Below are positions 1-12,042 of a stretch of 64,000 nt of DNA, piece by piece. Numbering within the stretch: the stretch's first letter is position 1; each line of letters opens with the position of its first letter. Source of the DNA: Trichoplax adhaerens. Taxonomy: Eukaryota; Animalia; Placozoa. The DNA lies in NCBI RefSeq assembly GCF_000150275.1, contig NW_002060948.1, forward strand, positions 558,001-622,000, read 5' to 3'. The translations under genes and the position numbers were made by a program. The notes beneath the pieces were generated by a model. The model was not told the DNA's origin, searched no databases, and worked only from the letters and a program-made list of their open reading frames with translations.

Positions 1-964
1 TATTTTCCAGGTTGCTTGCATGCTTCTATAATGATAGTCGCAAGACATAAAATGCTATGTATGCTACTATACCGTTAGGTTTCGTCTGCCACTGCTCCGA
101 ATCCGAATCGAAGTAAATATCGTCATAATAGGGATCTTGCGTCTGATCTTGATCTTTTTTCGATGGTAAAGGTGTGTTGCTGACATCTTCTGACTTTCTA
201 TCATCTGTGGCTGGTATTGAACTTTTAAAATTATTTTCAGATCGACTTCGACTGTTGCAGATTAGATCTTGATGGCTAGAGGCCGTCTTGTGGGCCATTG
301 ATTTGAAAGATTTCTCTGCTAAGTGCAGATAATTGTATATCATCTCGTTGCTGCAGTTTGTATCGTTGACTTCGCTAGCGAGAGCACGGTCTTGCAGCTT
401 TTCAATGTTGTCAAATTCGTCGTTGCTAACCCAAAATTACGCATACGTATTAGTTTCTATCCGCTAAACTAAACAAAGCGACTGTCGTAATATTCAATTA
501 ATTAATCGAACAAATAGTTGATATGGTACTGAATCTGTGCCTTGTCAAGTACTGTAGAAGTAATGCAATCGATGCAAAGATGATTACTATTACCCCAGAT
601 TCAGGACGCAATTGCTAACCGGTATCCCAGTAAACCGCAAATGTTACAAAATAGGCTCCACAGCACAATCGCAGAACGTATTTGCACACAAGTTCATTGC
701 AACTAACTGTTACATAAACTGATTATACTGTACAGTAATTACCTATTTTCAAAGTAGCTTGTGGTATACATATATTTTTTATTATATAAATTTTATGAAA
801 TCTGTATGTCGATGCACCCGAGGTGAATTAATCGACAAAGTCTGCAGCTATTCATGCTAAATTTACCCAGGTAGTACGTACCTATGCTCGCTAGCAATTT
901 CGTCGACATCACTGTCTTCGTCAATTTCGTATCCATCATAAGTATAGCTTGTAAAATTGGACAT
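1..964 (-). CDS. EAPP: E2F-associated phosphoprotein (EAPP)-like, 5' part; gene continues off the left edge
   Basis: Exon 1 964-882 (MSNFTSYTYDGYEIDEDSDVDEIASEH, GT donor) joins exon 2 ~426-73, which contains DPYYDDIYFDSDSE, the characteristic EAPP motif. Acidic N-terminus as in EAPP. Confidence 0.75.
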
Positions 965-1758
965 AGTTTATTCTAATATTCCTTATTATCTTTCCGGTCT
1001 TACAACATTGAGTTTTATTTCCTTTTGATTTTACGTGAAACTTTTTGCAAAGGACACGAAGGAAGTTGCTGCTGCCGCTTCAGTGGATAGTTGAAACTTA
1101 AACTTGAACTACAGTACTACGTGTAGAGGAAGATCTAGACTGAGCACTCTTGGACGGACAGACATTTTCGGCCTCATCTCGTCAAAATATAGTGCCAAAC
1201 ACTTCGTTATGGCAGTACTTTAAAGTATGCAGTCGGCTGATTTTGAATTGACCGATATTTTCTCAATTAACTAATATTGCATTGAATCTTATTATCAGTT
1301 ACAAAGTTCTGCTTGAAAACACTTATATAAGATCATGGACACTATTTAAATTAGTACCAGTGATTTAGAAAACAGACACGGAAGGTCCATACTAAGTAGT
1401 CATTTTTGGATATTTGCGGCCTGATTTGGTAAGAAAAGTCCGTCTGTCTGAGCGAGAGTGATCAGTCCAGGTCTTCTTCTAGTTACTACAGTATACAGTA
1501 CTGTACTGTACAGTACATTATGATTTTGAATCTCGTAATCATTGTACTGTACATTGTAGCTTTCAAGACTCATACTATACGCACTACACACTCAGTGCAC
1601 GGTATGAGTCTGTATAAGGTACAGTACAGGTACCTACGTTCTGGTTGCATTACTATAGTAGCTGCAGATTGACCCAAAGTCTGGTCAATTCGTTCATCAT
1701 TGCGTTCAATGTACTTCAGCGTATAGGAGAATCTACTCATTGGATCGCATACTCTACG

Positions 1759-1769
1759 AAGATGGCGGC
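1759..1769 (+). promoter_or_regulatory. YY1-type motif overlapping the symplekin start codon
   Basis: aagATGgcggc. The same aagATGgcg context occurs at the DPY30 start (minus strand, ~16344-16352), where CCAAT boxes and a CACGTG lie just upstream. Confidence 0.4.
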
Positions 1770-4700
1770 GGTTGTTGGTGAAGATAACAAGCGTAAGAAC
1801 ACTGCAGAAATGAGTTCGATGGATGCCAAAGAAGATGAAAATTCGATTTCAGATCGAGTAAGTATAACCACACCTAGCTAATTTCACGATATAGCATCGC
1901 TATCATGCGTTATACCTGGATCAATGATCTTCAAGTCATTACACGCTCTATTAATGCTAAATGAAAGCATTTTCTAGCATGAAATTTCATTTCATATTCC
2001 ATTGAATCACTTTTTTAAACTGGAAAATATCTTTATAGTGTCTTTCTATATCATATGAAATTAGTATAGATGAGATTCATATCAACCTATTGATACGCCG
2101 CTGGATTATCGTTAATCAAATATACAAGATTCATTTTAGTTGGCCGCACTCGAGCACGATAGGAACATTGCTCGTATGCTGTTTGATACTGTACACAGAT
2201 TCGTATGTTGTATAACTCTACTTGTATATACGATATAATAATGCATGTATGATTGAGGTCCGAACGGCATCTCAGTGGTTACAATAATTATTAGAGATAG
2301 TAAGTCACTGGTTTTAAATTTTTCATACATTTATCTATTTGTAAATGGGATATTAAGACTTTGCAGAAGGTATTTTATTGCACTGATCAATTAGCGTTGT
2401 ACTATACAATGTACAATATGTACATGACAATTTATTATACAGAAGCTAACTTTAATATTATAATTTAGTTAAACTATTGTTTATTTCGTCAGTCTATACG
2501 AAGATGCATTGCTGTACGCTACTCAATGAAAGCAAACCAAAATTTCGTTTCACAATACAGTACTGATGGATTGAATTCTTGCTTATTTTAGTACTATAAT
2601 GTTAATTCTATAAGGTAGAGCAGTTGAGGAATAACTATGTAATTATTATCCAAGATCCCTAAAAACTAGAAATTAATTTATAGAATGCTATATCAATATG
2701 GGTATATATACGCACGCATATATGCAAGCACTGCATAACAGTATGCAACTATGTTATTGGTACTTTTAATTTATAAAAAATGTGATATTTATACTTGCAC
2801 TATTTACACCTATGGATATCTATATTAAATACAGCATATATGCAATTGTGCAATATATCAACAGATATACACGTATGGCATAGTTACAGGGGTAACTATA
2901 CACATTTATGATACTAAATATTGTCTTTCAACTATCGCGTAATTATTAGCTATTACAGGAATTCTACTGCGGTAAAGACAGTAATAGATAATTCCTTTTC
3001 ATCATATAGGTCATTGAATTAATGAATAGAGCTCAACTGGAAACAGATGCAAAAGAAAAATTAGTTTATCTTAAGCAGGTAAGAAGATAGATATTACTCG
3101 ATATATGTAATACGGCTTTGAAGATTAATATTATATACTATTTTAATTAATACATTAACCATTTATTTTAGATCCAAGAACTGGTTATCATGAAAGATTC
3201 CGCTTTACTGGACAGCTTTTTAGATGTAAGCATTAAACACAATAATTTGAAACTTATCTAAGTTATGCTTCTAGCTAAGCTATCGTACACAGACAATATT
3301 TGATGTGATTGTTATACTTATTTAAATGGTATATTGTATCTGCATTTTAAAATTTGTAGGAAATGTTAGCTTTTCAACATGAAAAGTCTGCTGATGTTCA
3401 AAAATTTATTCTTGGATTTCTTGAAGAAGCATGGTAAAAATTACTATACGATCTTGTCTGATAGGTGATACGATATCAATATATAATGTGGTCTTTTTTA
3501 TATTTAATCTCTTCAAATTTTAGCAAAAAGGACGAATTCCTTTGCAGCAAAGTTGTATATCCTTTGGCGTACTTACTGTACGATCAAGATAATGTGCAAG
3601 TTACCAAACGAGCAATTCAATGTAACCTCAATCTATACCGTATAGCCTTTAAGGTATCACAATCATTGTAATTGGTAAAATAACGATTGAAGCCAACAGC
3701 AATAATTAGTTGTATCAGTGGTGATAGTATAAATGTATGATATTGATTTTTCGTTGTTAAAAAATTCTTACAGTTTATCGCAACTAAGAAAGCGGCCAGT
3801 GATGATTTATTGCATATATGGGAGGTAACTAAATGTGATCCTATTCGTATGACAAAAATAAATTAGGTTCATCTTATTATATGTTGTTTGCAGCATTAAT
3901 ATAATAAATAAGCCGTGTATAATTGACCCATAAAATTTTTTATTATAATTTTATTTCTGTTGCTTCAATTTTAAGCAATTTTGTGATATGAAAACATACA
4001 TCATTTCTTTAACCCAACATGAAAATACTGGGTACGTATGAAAAAAAATTTTATCAACTATTGATTTTGCATAGTTTTTGCATTAAAATCAAAGTTTTCT
4101 TGCTATTTCCTTCTCTTATTTGCTAGTGTAAGAACAAGTGCTCTAAAATACTGCGAAATGATAGTTCTTACTCAAAGTATTAAAGGCGGTATTACTACTT
4201 CAACTAAGCCTGATGATATTTCTCTTGATATGGTTGGTAATGAGTACATTCACTTCTTAGCTTTACGGGCTTTTATCAATATTTTGGAATCTATTATGTT
4301 ATATTAGTTGTCCACTACGCATCCTATAATGGATTTTAGCAAATTAAAAGACGAAGCAAAATCTATTTTAACCTTTTTAACTGATTTAACATTATCACAT
4401 AAGATAAACCAGTAAGTATTCTATTCTAAAATTATCTTAGTACTAACATTGTGGCGATAGGGTGCTAAGATAATTGTTATTAATTGATTTTAATTTGCCT
4501 ATCTCAGTACAAATTTATTGCCATGTGTTGGGTCGTTAGCAATTATTGCTCGTATGAGACCAATGCACTTTGGAATTATAATAGCCTGTCTGGAATCATT
4601 AAATGGTATACTTATCACATCTAAATTAATATAGAAAAGCTTTAGAAAATTATTAAATTATGATAATATAAGCATACGTACCAATTTCCCTTTGCAGCAA

Positions 4701-7700
4701 ATTTACCGCCAACTCTTAGCAAATCTCAAGTTAGCAATCTGCGAAAACACTTAAAAGTAAACATTGCTTTTGCTAGTTGCTTTTCTGCTTCCATAAATTA
4801 CATTAATGACTATCGTTCTATCTAATACCATTAATTGATATTGAATAGATACAATTTATGACACTTCTTAAAAATCCGGTTTCTATCGAGTACCAGTCGG
4901 TATTAGCGGCTATTTTATCAGATCTTGGTGTCACAGGGAATGAGGTTAGTTATACTGGCTGATTATCTAATATTTAATATTGGATTAATAATCTTAATGA
5001 ACAAGAGACTATGTATCCGATAAAAATATAATTTTTTAATAGATTTCAAGAAACCTACCCAAAATTCATGCCACTGAATCGCTAAAAAGAAGTTCTATGT
5101 AAATAATGAGCTATTATCATAATCTGTATTAATTTTTAAGGTTGTAAATCGTGCGAAATTACGTATCAAACTGAATTCTCTTTATAGTACCGATCTAGAT
5201 AGCGAGCGACCTCCTAAAAAGTTACGGATAGGAGTTAGTACATTTATTTAAGTTGTCTAGCCTTAACATATCGATTATGAGACAAAGAATTTGATGCCTT
5301 AGCTCATAGTACGGTTATATATTACACCAGGAGAACAGAACTTCAGACGCAAAAATTACCGATATTAAGATTGAGTCTGGATCAATCGAAATAAACAGAA
5401 CTGCAGAAGAAATAATTCAAAAGCTAAATTCGAATGAAACCGTAGTCAATCTGGTTTTTGCTAGTATTCATCGACTACCTAATCGGATGCCCTCAATATT
5501 TCAAGACTGTCATACACCTATCGTATCTGCTGGAAGTAAAATTCAAATAGCTCACTTAGCTAGATTACTAGCAACTCAAATGCTTTCTACAGACAATAGT
5601 AATATTGAAAGCAGTGAAAGTGACATGGTACGTCCTATAATATTAGTGTTAGCTCTGTTCATACATTGGATTATAAATTTATTTAATACAGATATTTATA
5701 ATAACTTAGATGCCTACTTTGAGGGATGTAAAATCTGAATATCCGCGGTCTATCAAAGTAAGATTATTTTATAGTCTTTCGTTACATGCTCATATGTTAA
5801 ACATAACGATTTTTATTTCTCTTTTTACTTTAATCCATAAAAAAAATTACCTAGATTGCCGGCTTAAAAGAGAAACATTCTGAATCTACGGTAAGATGGC
5901 AATAATTTATCTTAGATAAAGCCTCATTTCCTGATTACATCACTACGATTAATTATTACAGCGATCTAGGAAAATTAAGCAGTTTAGCTTAAGTAGTTTG
6001 GTAAATTACAACATGAATATTGGAGAAAAGCAAGCACTGTCTTTGAGTGCTTTTGAAAGAATGCTGAAAGGCGAAGGTTTGTAGGATTTTAGAATATGAC
6101 TGCGCTTCAGATAGCACCAAATAACTAAAACTTTATTTGCCATTAAAGAAACATCGAGACTATCTACTGCTGTAGATTTTATAATATTTAATTCTTGAGC
6201 ATCCAAAAATGTTCTAATCACGCTCTTCCTCGTATATTTAGAAAATGCTCATCATGCTGGTATGGCACTGGTAAGGATGATTATAGATTTTACTGTTACC
6301 TTTATGCAGTCGTACTTATATTTGATATTTATCATTTATTAACAGGAACGGATTCAAGTTTTAGTGGGCTTAGCAACTCAGCTGCGAGGCGAAGTGGCAA
6401 ATGGTAAATGAAAGCTGTTTGATGTAACACTAATTTATTTAAAGTCTTTAATCATACTAATTTCATACCGTTTTGTGTAGCTTTCAGAAATTATATATTT
6501 GAAGATATCAGAGGTCGCTTTGAACTGGCGTGCACATGGCTTACGAAAGAGTACTTGCTGTCACTTGCAGCTTCTAGCCAGAGTACTGAAATCAAAAACG
6601 ATAATGATGGCTACAGCCAGTGCTTAGCCGAGATACTGAAAGAATTAACGGATAAATTAGATAAGGAAGATAAGTAAGTTTATCTCTTTTAAAATCGTAT
6701 TCTGTCTGGATTTAATCTTATCCATTCTATTTTAGACTTTTCACCCATTTCTGTCTTGAGATACCTCGATTCACATCTGTAGCTTATAAAGTGATCGAAG
6801 ATTATAGCAAGAATGAGGTCTACCAGCTAATATACCATCATTATCAGCTGTGCTTCGTAAAAATATTTGATCGATCTCATAGTTTTTTGTCTTTTTCTTA
6901 TTTTAGGGTTCTTCTAAATTAGGATTGAGTACTATGTATGAATTAATACTTCGAAGGCCAGTTACAAAAGCTCCTTTAATGCAGAAATTACTAGATTTAA
7001 CTGTTTTCGAAAATGAGCAGGTAGCGCATGCCGAAAAAAATACTTACTGTTAATAAAATTCGATTCTAATCCCTCTAGCTTTTAGTAGAAATTCTATGAT
7101 TATATCATTAATAGATCCAACTTCAGGCTTCTCATGTAGTGAAGAAATTATATAATAAAGCAGAACTTGCACCAATTATAGAGGCAAGTTCTAAATTATC
7201 AGATTTACTTTAGAAGTTATTTTAAAATAGTTATATTTGTTTTTCATACTTTATCAGCGACGTGCATTGGAAAATCTGGAGATGGTTTTACAAATCGGTA
7301 TTTTTTTTCTATGTTTGTAGTTTAAGATAATATTCCTTAGCAATCTTAACGCTTATTTTGTCTATGTCTGAACTTCTTTTAAGGCGACAATCAATCCAAC
7401 CAATGGAGTGAAGATTCCATCAAAATGCATATGTCACTATTCATGTCACTCTTGCCCAAAAATCATGTTATCATTCACAAGTCTGTTAATATTAAAGATC
7501 AGTTAAATACAGATATTGAAATCGATTAAAGACAAATAATTAATTTTTAAAATATTTTCTCTTTAGTTTAGCTAATATGTACGGAAAAGCAACATCAAAT
7601 GTGAAGCGAGTCATTTTAAGACAAATAGAACATCCTATTCGCAATATTGGAATGTCTTCACCGGAGCTATTGAAGTTTTTCGAACAAGTACCTTCTGGTA

Positions 7701-9186
7701 CTGAGACTTTACTAACAAGAATTTTATATATTTTCACGGATAAGAGTATGCCAAGTCAAGAATTAATTCGTAAAGTTCGTGAGGCTTACTATGGGAAGAA
7801 ATTAGATGTTCGTGCATTGATTCCCATCATAAATGGTCTGGAAAAGGTTAAAAGTGAATTAAGTCTGTAGCTATTGATTGATTGATTTTATGCCTAAAAA
7901 AATGAATTAAAAATGTGAAATTTTAATTTTAGAGTGAAGTCATTGGAGCTTTACCTAAGTTAATGAAGCAATCAGCGAAGGTCGTTAAAGAAGTCATTAC
8001 GCGACTTATAAATCCATTCTCAGGTAGGGCTATTTCTTTCCCGTTAAGGTATACCATCACAAACGACGATTTCCAATTTTATTGCTATAATCTTGCAATT
8101 AAGATGTAGAAGAATCTGTCGGTCCTCGGCAGACGAGTCCTTTAACTCCGTCTGAGTTGTTATTAGCCTTACATCAAATAGAGGATGATGTTAAGTCGGC
8201 TATCAAAGGTATTCTGCGGCATTGGATGTAGTTCATTTGCAATTCGTATGCATGTCAAAAAGACTAAAATTGAGCTTTATACTTTATAGCTATAGGTTTT
8301 TGTTTAAGTGAGAAAAGTACATTTACCCAAGAAGTTTTAGCTGGTGTTTTACAGCAAATGTTAGAACGTACTACTATCCCGATTTTGTTCATGAGGACGG
8401 TAAGTTGTGTCATATACAATCGTATGCAGGTATACATTTTGATCATGCAAATAATTAAATTCATCATATAATCACTTCAGGTAATACAAACTCTACAATC
8501 CTACCCGAAATTAATATCGTTTGTGATGAATGTATTATCTAGGCTGATTACAAAGCAGGTTAAATAGTAAAGCCCTTAATGATCTTCACTACCATAAAAT
8601 TAATAGACTGATATTATAATTTCTTTTTCTGCACCTAGATCTGGAAGCAAACTAAAGTTTGGCAGGGCTTTATAAAGTGTTGTCAGGCTAGCTATATGTA
8701 GTATTTAAATTTGTTATCAGTTTTATATTGTAATTATTAGCTTTTACGGATGGCATAAATTAATGTCAAGGATGTCTTCAAAAATTTTATATTTTTATAT
8801 TCAATTTGTTGCATTTGTAGATTACAACGCCACAATCATACCCGGTCTTACTACAGCTCCCAGCACATCAGTTAGAAAGTGTTTTTCAGGTACTCACTAA
8901 CTCAATTTGGGTTCTGTTGAAATATGGCGCTTTAATATTATTTTTTCCTGATTAACGTTTAGATTGCTCCGTCTTTACAACACAATCTTAGGCAACACAT
9001 TAATCTCCTAACACTAAATCAGGTTCGTAAATACTATGAAAACAGATTTGTAGTTCGTTAAATGTTGCATTAATCGAAAAATATTTCATCTTATAGAGAG
9101 CGCATATACCGCAGTCGCTCTTATTTACCATTGAAAATTACGTAGTAGAGAATGGGAAAGAAAGCCACGATAACAAAGAGACTTGA
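1762..9186 (+). CDS. SYMPK: Symplekin (3'-end processing scaffold), about 30 exons
   Basis: Spliced exons give VIELMNRAQLE..KLVYLKQ/IQELVIMKDSALLDSFLD/EMLAFQHEKSADVQKFILGFLEEAC, NLPPTLSKSQVSNLRKHLK, LDVRALIPIINGLEK, SPLTPSELLLALH, PILFMRT/VIQTLQSYPKL and IWKQTKVWQGFIKCCQ/ITTPQSY, all recognisable symplekin blocks. TGA at 9184-9186. Confidence 0.96.
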
Positions 9187-9747
9187 TAATGATATAGAAG
9201 AACTGATTTTATTTATTCTGTGATTGATGAAATCAATACATCATGAATATTCTACATTTCAAATCGAATCATAGATTATATAGTTTGCAGTACTTTCTTA
9301 TAGCAAATTGTTGTAAAGTCTTATTTGTGATGCTTTAGTAGAATATATTTAAGTTTTTCATGGAACGATGTAACTCTAGGATAAGTTATGAATGCAAATT
9401 CCTGAAGAACGTTTCTACAGAGTTCTGTGAACTTTTAACTCTTCAACGACAAATAAGCCGTAAAATTTTTTATATATTATAAGAGATATACGTACATTAC
9501 ACTCCTGTACATTACCATCCTGTAATCAAATGTTATAAACTTTCTGCCGAGTTTAAAAAGTTTGTAAGTAGGTACAAGAATAATAGTTTATGAATCATGT
9601 AATCTGTTAACATGTTTATAATAGTAGAAATTGAACACTTTATTCTATTTCAACTACCCGACAATTTAAAACATTAAATTAAAATAGTTCTTTATAAGAA
9701 TTATAGTATGCCTTTATTGTGAACCGTTTGCTTTATCGATCTGATAC

Positions 9748-12042
9748 CTAACAATGATCAACTTGATGATCTCGCTGATCATTTGAGGTAGTTTCCATAA
9801 TATCTACAGACCTGTTACCATCTAGACTTAGATGATCTATCGGTGGTGATGGCTTTACAACTTTAATTTTGTAGTACTTTACTAATATAATAATAAAAAT
9901 GACAATTAAAGTTACTAGGACTGTCATACAGGCTATAACTATTGACCAAACTGCCAACGTGGACAGTGCGGGAGTTATGGAAGTTGGAGTTGGTGTAGGA
10001 CTCGAATAGTTAGATCTTTTAGTCACCCTACTGTTGATAAATGTAATTCTTTGACCGTTAGGAAACAAGAATTGCGTCGTATTGACTGGGGGACTAGTAT
10101 TAGAACGCTTCTTTCGATTTAATCTATAATTTACGCTAGAGTCGAAATTATTATGATACAGAAACTGCATTATGTAATCCATGCGATCATGATACAGTAA
10201 AAAATTAAGTTTAGTTATAGTATCTGTTACAGCTTTTGGTAATAAACTAAGATCTAAGTTATCGCGATACCGGTTAAAGTTAATAATAACAGTATGCCAG
10301 TTAACACCAGGCCTAAGGATGATATTATGTGATGAATTGCCCGTTATAACTACAATCATTCGTTTATGATCAACATGCAAACTTTGATTTTTAAAACTGT
10401 GAAATATTGTAATCGGAAGTGTCTTATCTGTTCTAGTTTTAATTAATTTTAAATTGAAATTAATAGGATCAAAATTATGTATCCTTAACTTATCTTGTTC
10501 ATTATTAACCACTTTAATGTCGGCGTGTATAGCACTAGTGTGATTATTTATAATATGAAGAGAAAATATAGTATCTTGCTGAACAGTCATAAATCTTCCA
10601 GGTATTATAACACCTTTCGAATCAGTAGTATAGATGAAAGGGCCTTTTAATAGTATTTGATTGAATATCAAATTACCGCTTGCTGTGCCATCGATTAAAT
10701 CTTGCCCAAATGAAAAGGTTGAAAAGTGAAAGGTGTTATTTAGCCCGGTAAATATTTCACAAGCTGGGCTACTTATTATTTGCATATTTCCTTGAGCACC
10801 TAAAATTTGATTGTTCCTACTTTGACCAAAAGCGATTTTTTGGCTGTATTGATCTGTTGTAATTACTGTTTCAATAGTGGATTGATTTAAAATATCTTGA
10901 AAAGTCCAGTCATTTCCATAGTGACTTAAGATGGATCGATCTCTAACCGATGGATTAAAAAATTGAAACAGGGGTACTGGGCCGCTGATAGAAATAATGA
11001 CTTTGCTCATGCCAGCTGTAGGTATTTGATGAGATAATTTAGAGAAAGCTGTTACTTGATCTGTTATAATCCTAGCCCATGAAATCATCTTGCAAAGATC
11101 GGAAAGCGATAATAACTGATCTACGTTATGATGAAATAGAGCCTTAATAATTAGATGAATATACCCAAGTTGATCTACATTATCGATCAATAACCTGTTG
11201 TATGTATCTATAGTTAAAATGCCTGGAATATTAAGCAATTGATCAATACTTTGATTTAAACCGTAATGAAAATTATAATTTGAAAACTGATTACGTCCAT
11301 TAGGTGACAGAAACGTGTAAACAAGAGATAAACTCAGTAATTGCCCAGCCGTTATCCGTTTAAACGTTTTAAGATGCATGTGAAGTTGATTCTTGAGCCA
11401 ATAGCCTAATCTTGTTAACTGACGATAAAAATGCTTTACTGCAGATGTGGGTAACTGATTAGTTAACATCAAATTGATTATTTTGTTAGCTTGATCCATT
11501 TTTAGTGCTGTATGTCCGCAATAAATATCACGGGCAGATTGATCATCAATCCGTAGTATGGTTGAAAAATTAGCAATACCACTTAAGCTCTTCTTTGTAA
11601 TATGAGCGGATGATAAAGAATACCAAGAATTTAGGTCTAGTTGAGCATTTAAGATAATGTTAGAAGAATTCGGAGGACATGTACAGTTAACTAACGATCG
11701 CTGGCTCTTATGATTACATCGAGCGATTAATTTTTCACCAAATAATTTTTCATATAACTGATACCAAATCGTAATATAGACTTGATTTGTCATAGCATAT
11801 TTAGACTGTGGATGAATACCGCTGATGCCGGAATTGGGTATAATATGATCCAAATCAAAAGATAATCTATCAAGTTGATAGAAGTATACTTGTAATTGCT
11901 CTTGATCTTGATGTTGAATTTGAGTTAGAATAGGACACAAAACATGATTTCTATGAATAACTAACGCAGATGTTATTGTTAATTCAGTATTAACCAGAAT
12001 AAAAATGACTACAGCCCATAAAATGGTACCATAACGAGCCAT
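9748..12042 (-). CDS. Intronless orphan type-I membrane protein (764 aa) with signal peptide, degenerate RTX/T1SS-like motifs, furin site and C-terminal TM helix
   Basis: Uninterrupted 2.3-kb ORF in very AT-rich DNA. First ATG is at 12042 (the track start at 12150 is TTG), giving MARYGTILWAVVIFILV (signal-like). Also RKKRS (~10102-10116), a SSPTPTPTSITP stalk, a hydrophobic helix (~9884-9958) followed by KYYKIK, and a short tail. Confidence 0.85.
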   Translation of the reverse strand: MARYGTILWAVVIFILVNTELTITSALVIHRNHVLCPILTQIQHQDQEQLQVYFYQLDRLSFDLDHIIPNSGISGIHPQSKYAMTNQVYITIWYQLYEKLFGEKLIARCNHKSQRSLVNCTCPPNSSNIILNAQLDLNSWYSLSSAHITKKSLSGIANFSTILRIDDQSARDIYCGHTALKMDQANKIINLMLTNQLPTSAVKHFYRQLTRLGYWLKNQLHMHLKTFKRITAGQLLSLSLVYTFLSPNGRNQFSNYNFHYGLNQSIDQLLNIPGILTIDTYNRLLIDNVDQLGYIHLIIKALFHHNVDQLLSLSDLCKMISWARIITDQVTAFSKLSHQIPTAGMSKVIISISGPVPLFQFFNPSVRDRSILSHYGNDWTFQDILNQSTIETVITTDQYSQKIAFGQSRNNQILGAQGNMQIISSPACEIFTGLNNTFHFSTFSFGQDLIDGTASGNLIFNQILLKGPFIYTTDSKGVIIPGRFMTVQQDTIFSLHIINNHTSAIHADIKVVNNEQDKLRIHNFDPINFNLKLIKTRTDKTLPITIFHSFKNQSLHVDHKRMIVVITGNSSHNIILRPGVNWHTVIINFNRYRDNLDLSLLPKAVTDTITKLNFLLYHDRMDYIMQFLYHNNFDSSVNYRLNRKKRSNTSPPVNTTQFLFPNGQRITFINSRVTKRSNYSSPTPTPTSITPALSTLAVWSIVIACMTVLVTLIVIFIIILVKYYKIKVVKPSPPIDHLSLDGNRSVDIMETTSNDQRDHQVDHC

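Noticed and set aside
9748-12042. Endogenous viral envelope glycoprotein (signal + furin + TM)
   Set aside because: No hydrophobic fusion peptide or heptad repeat after the furin site, only ~50 aa to the TM helix, few Cys, and no flanking gag/pol/LTR.
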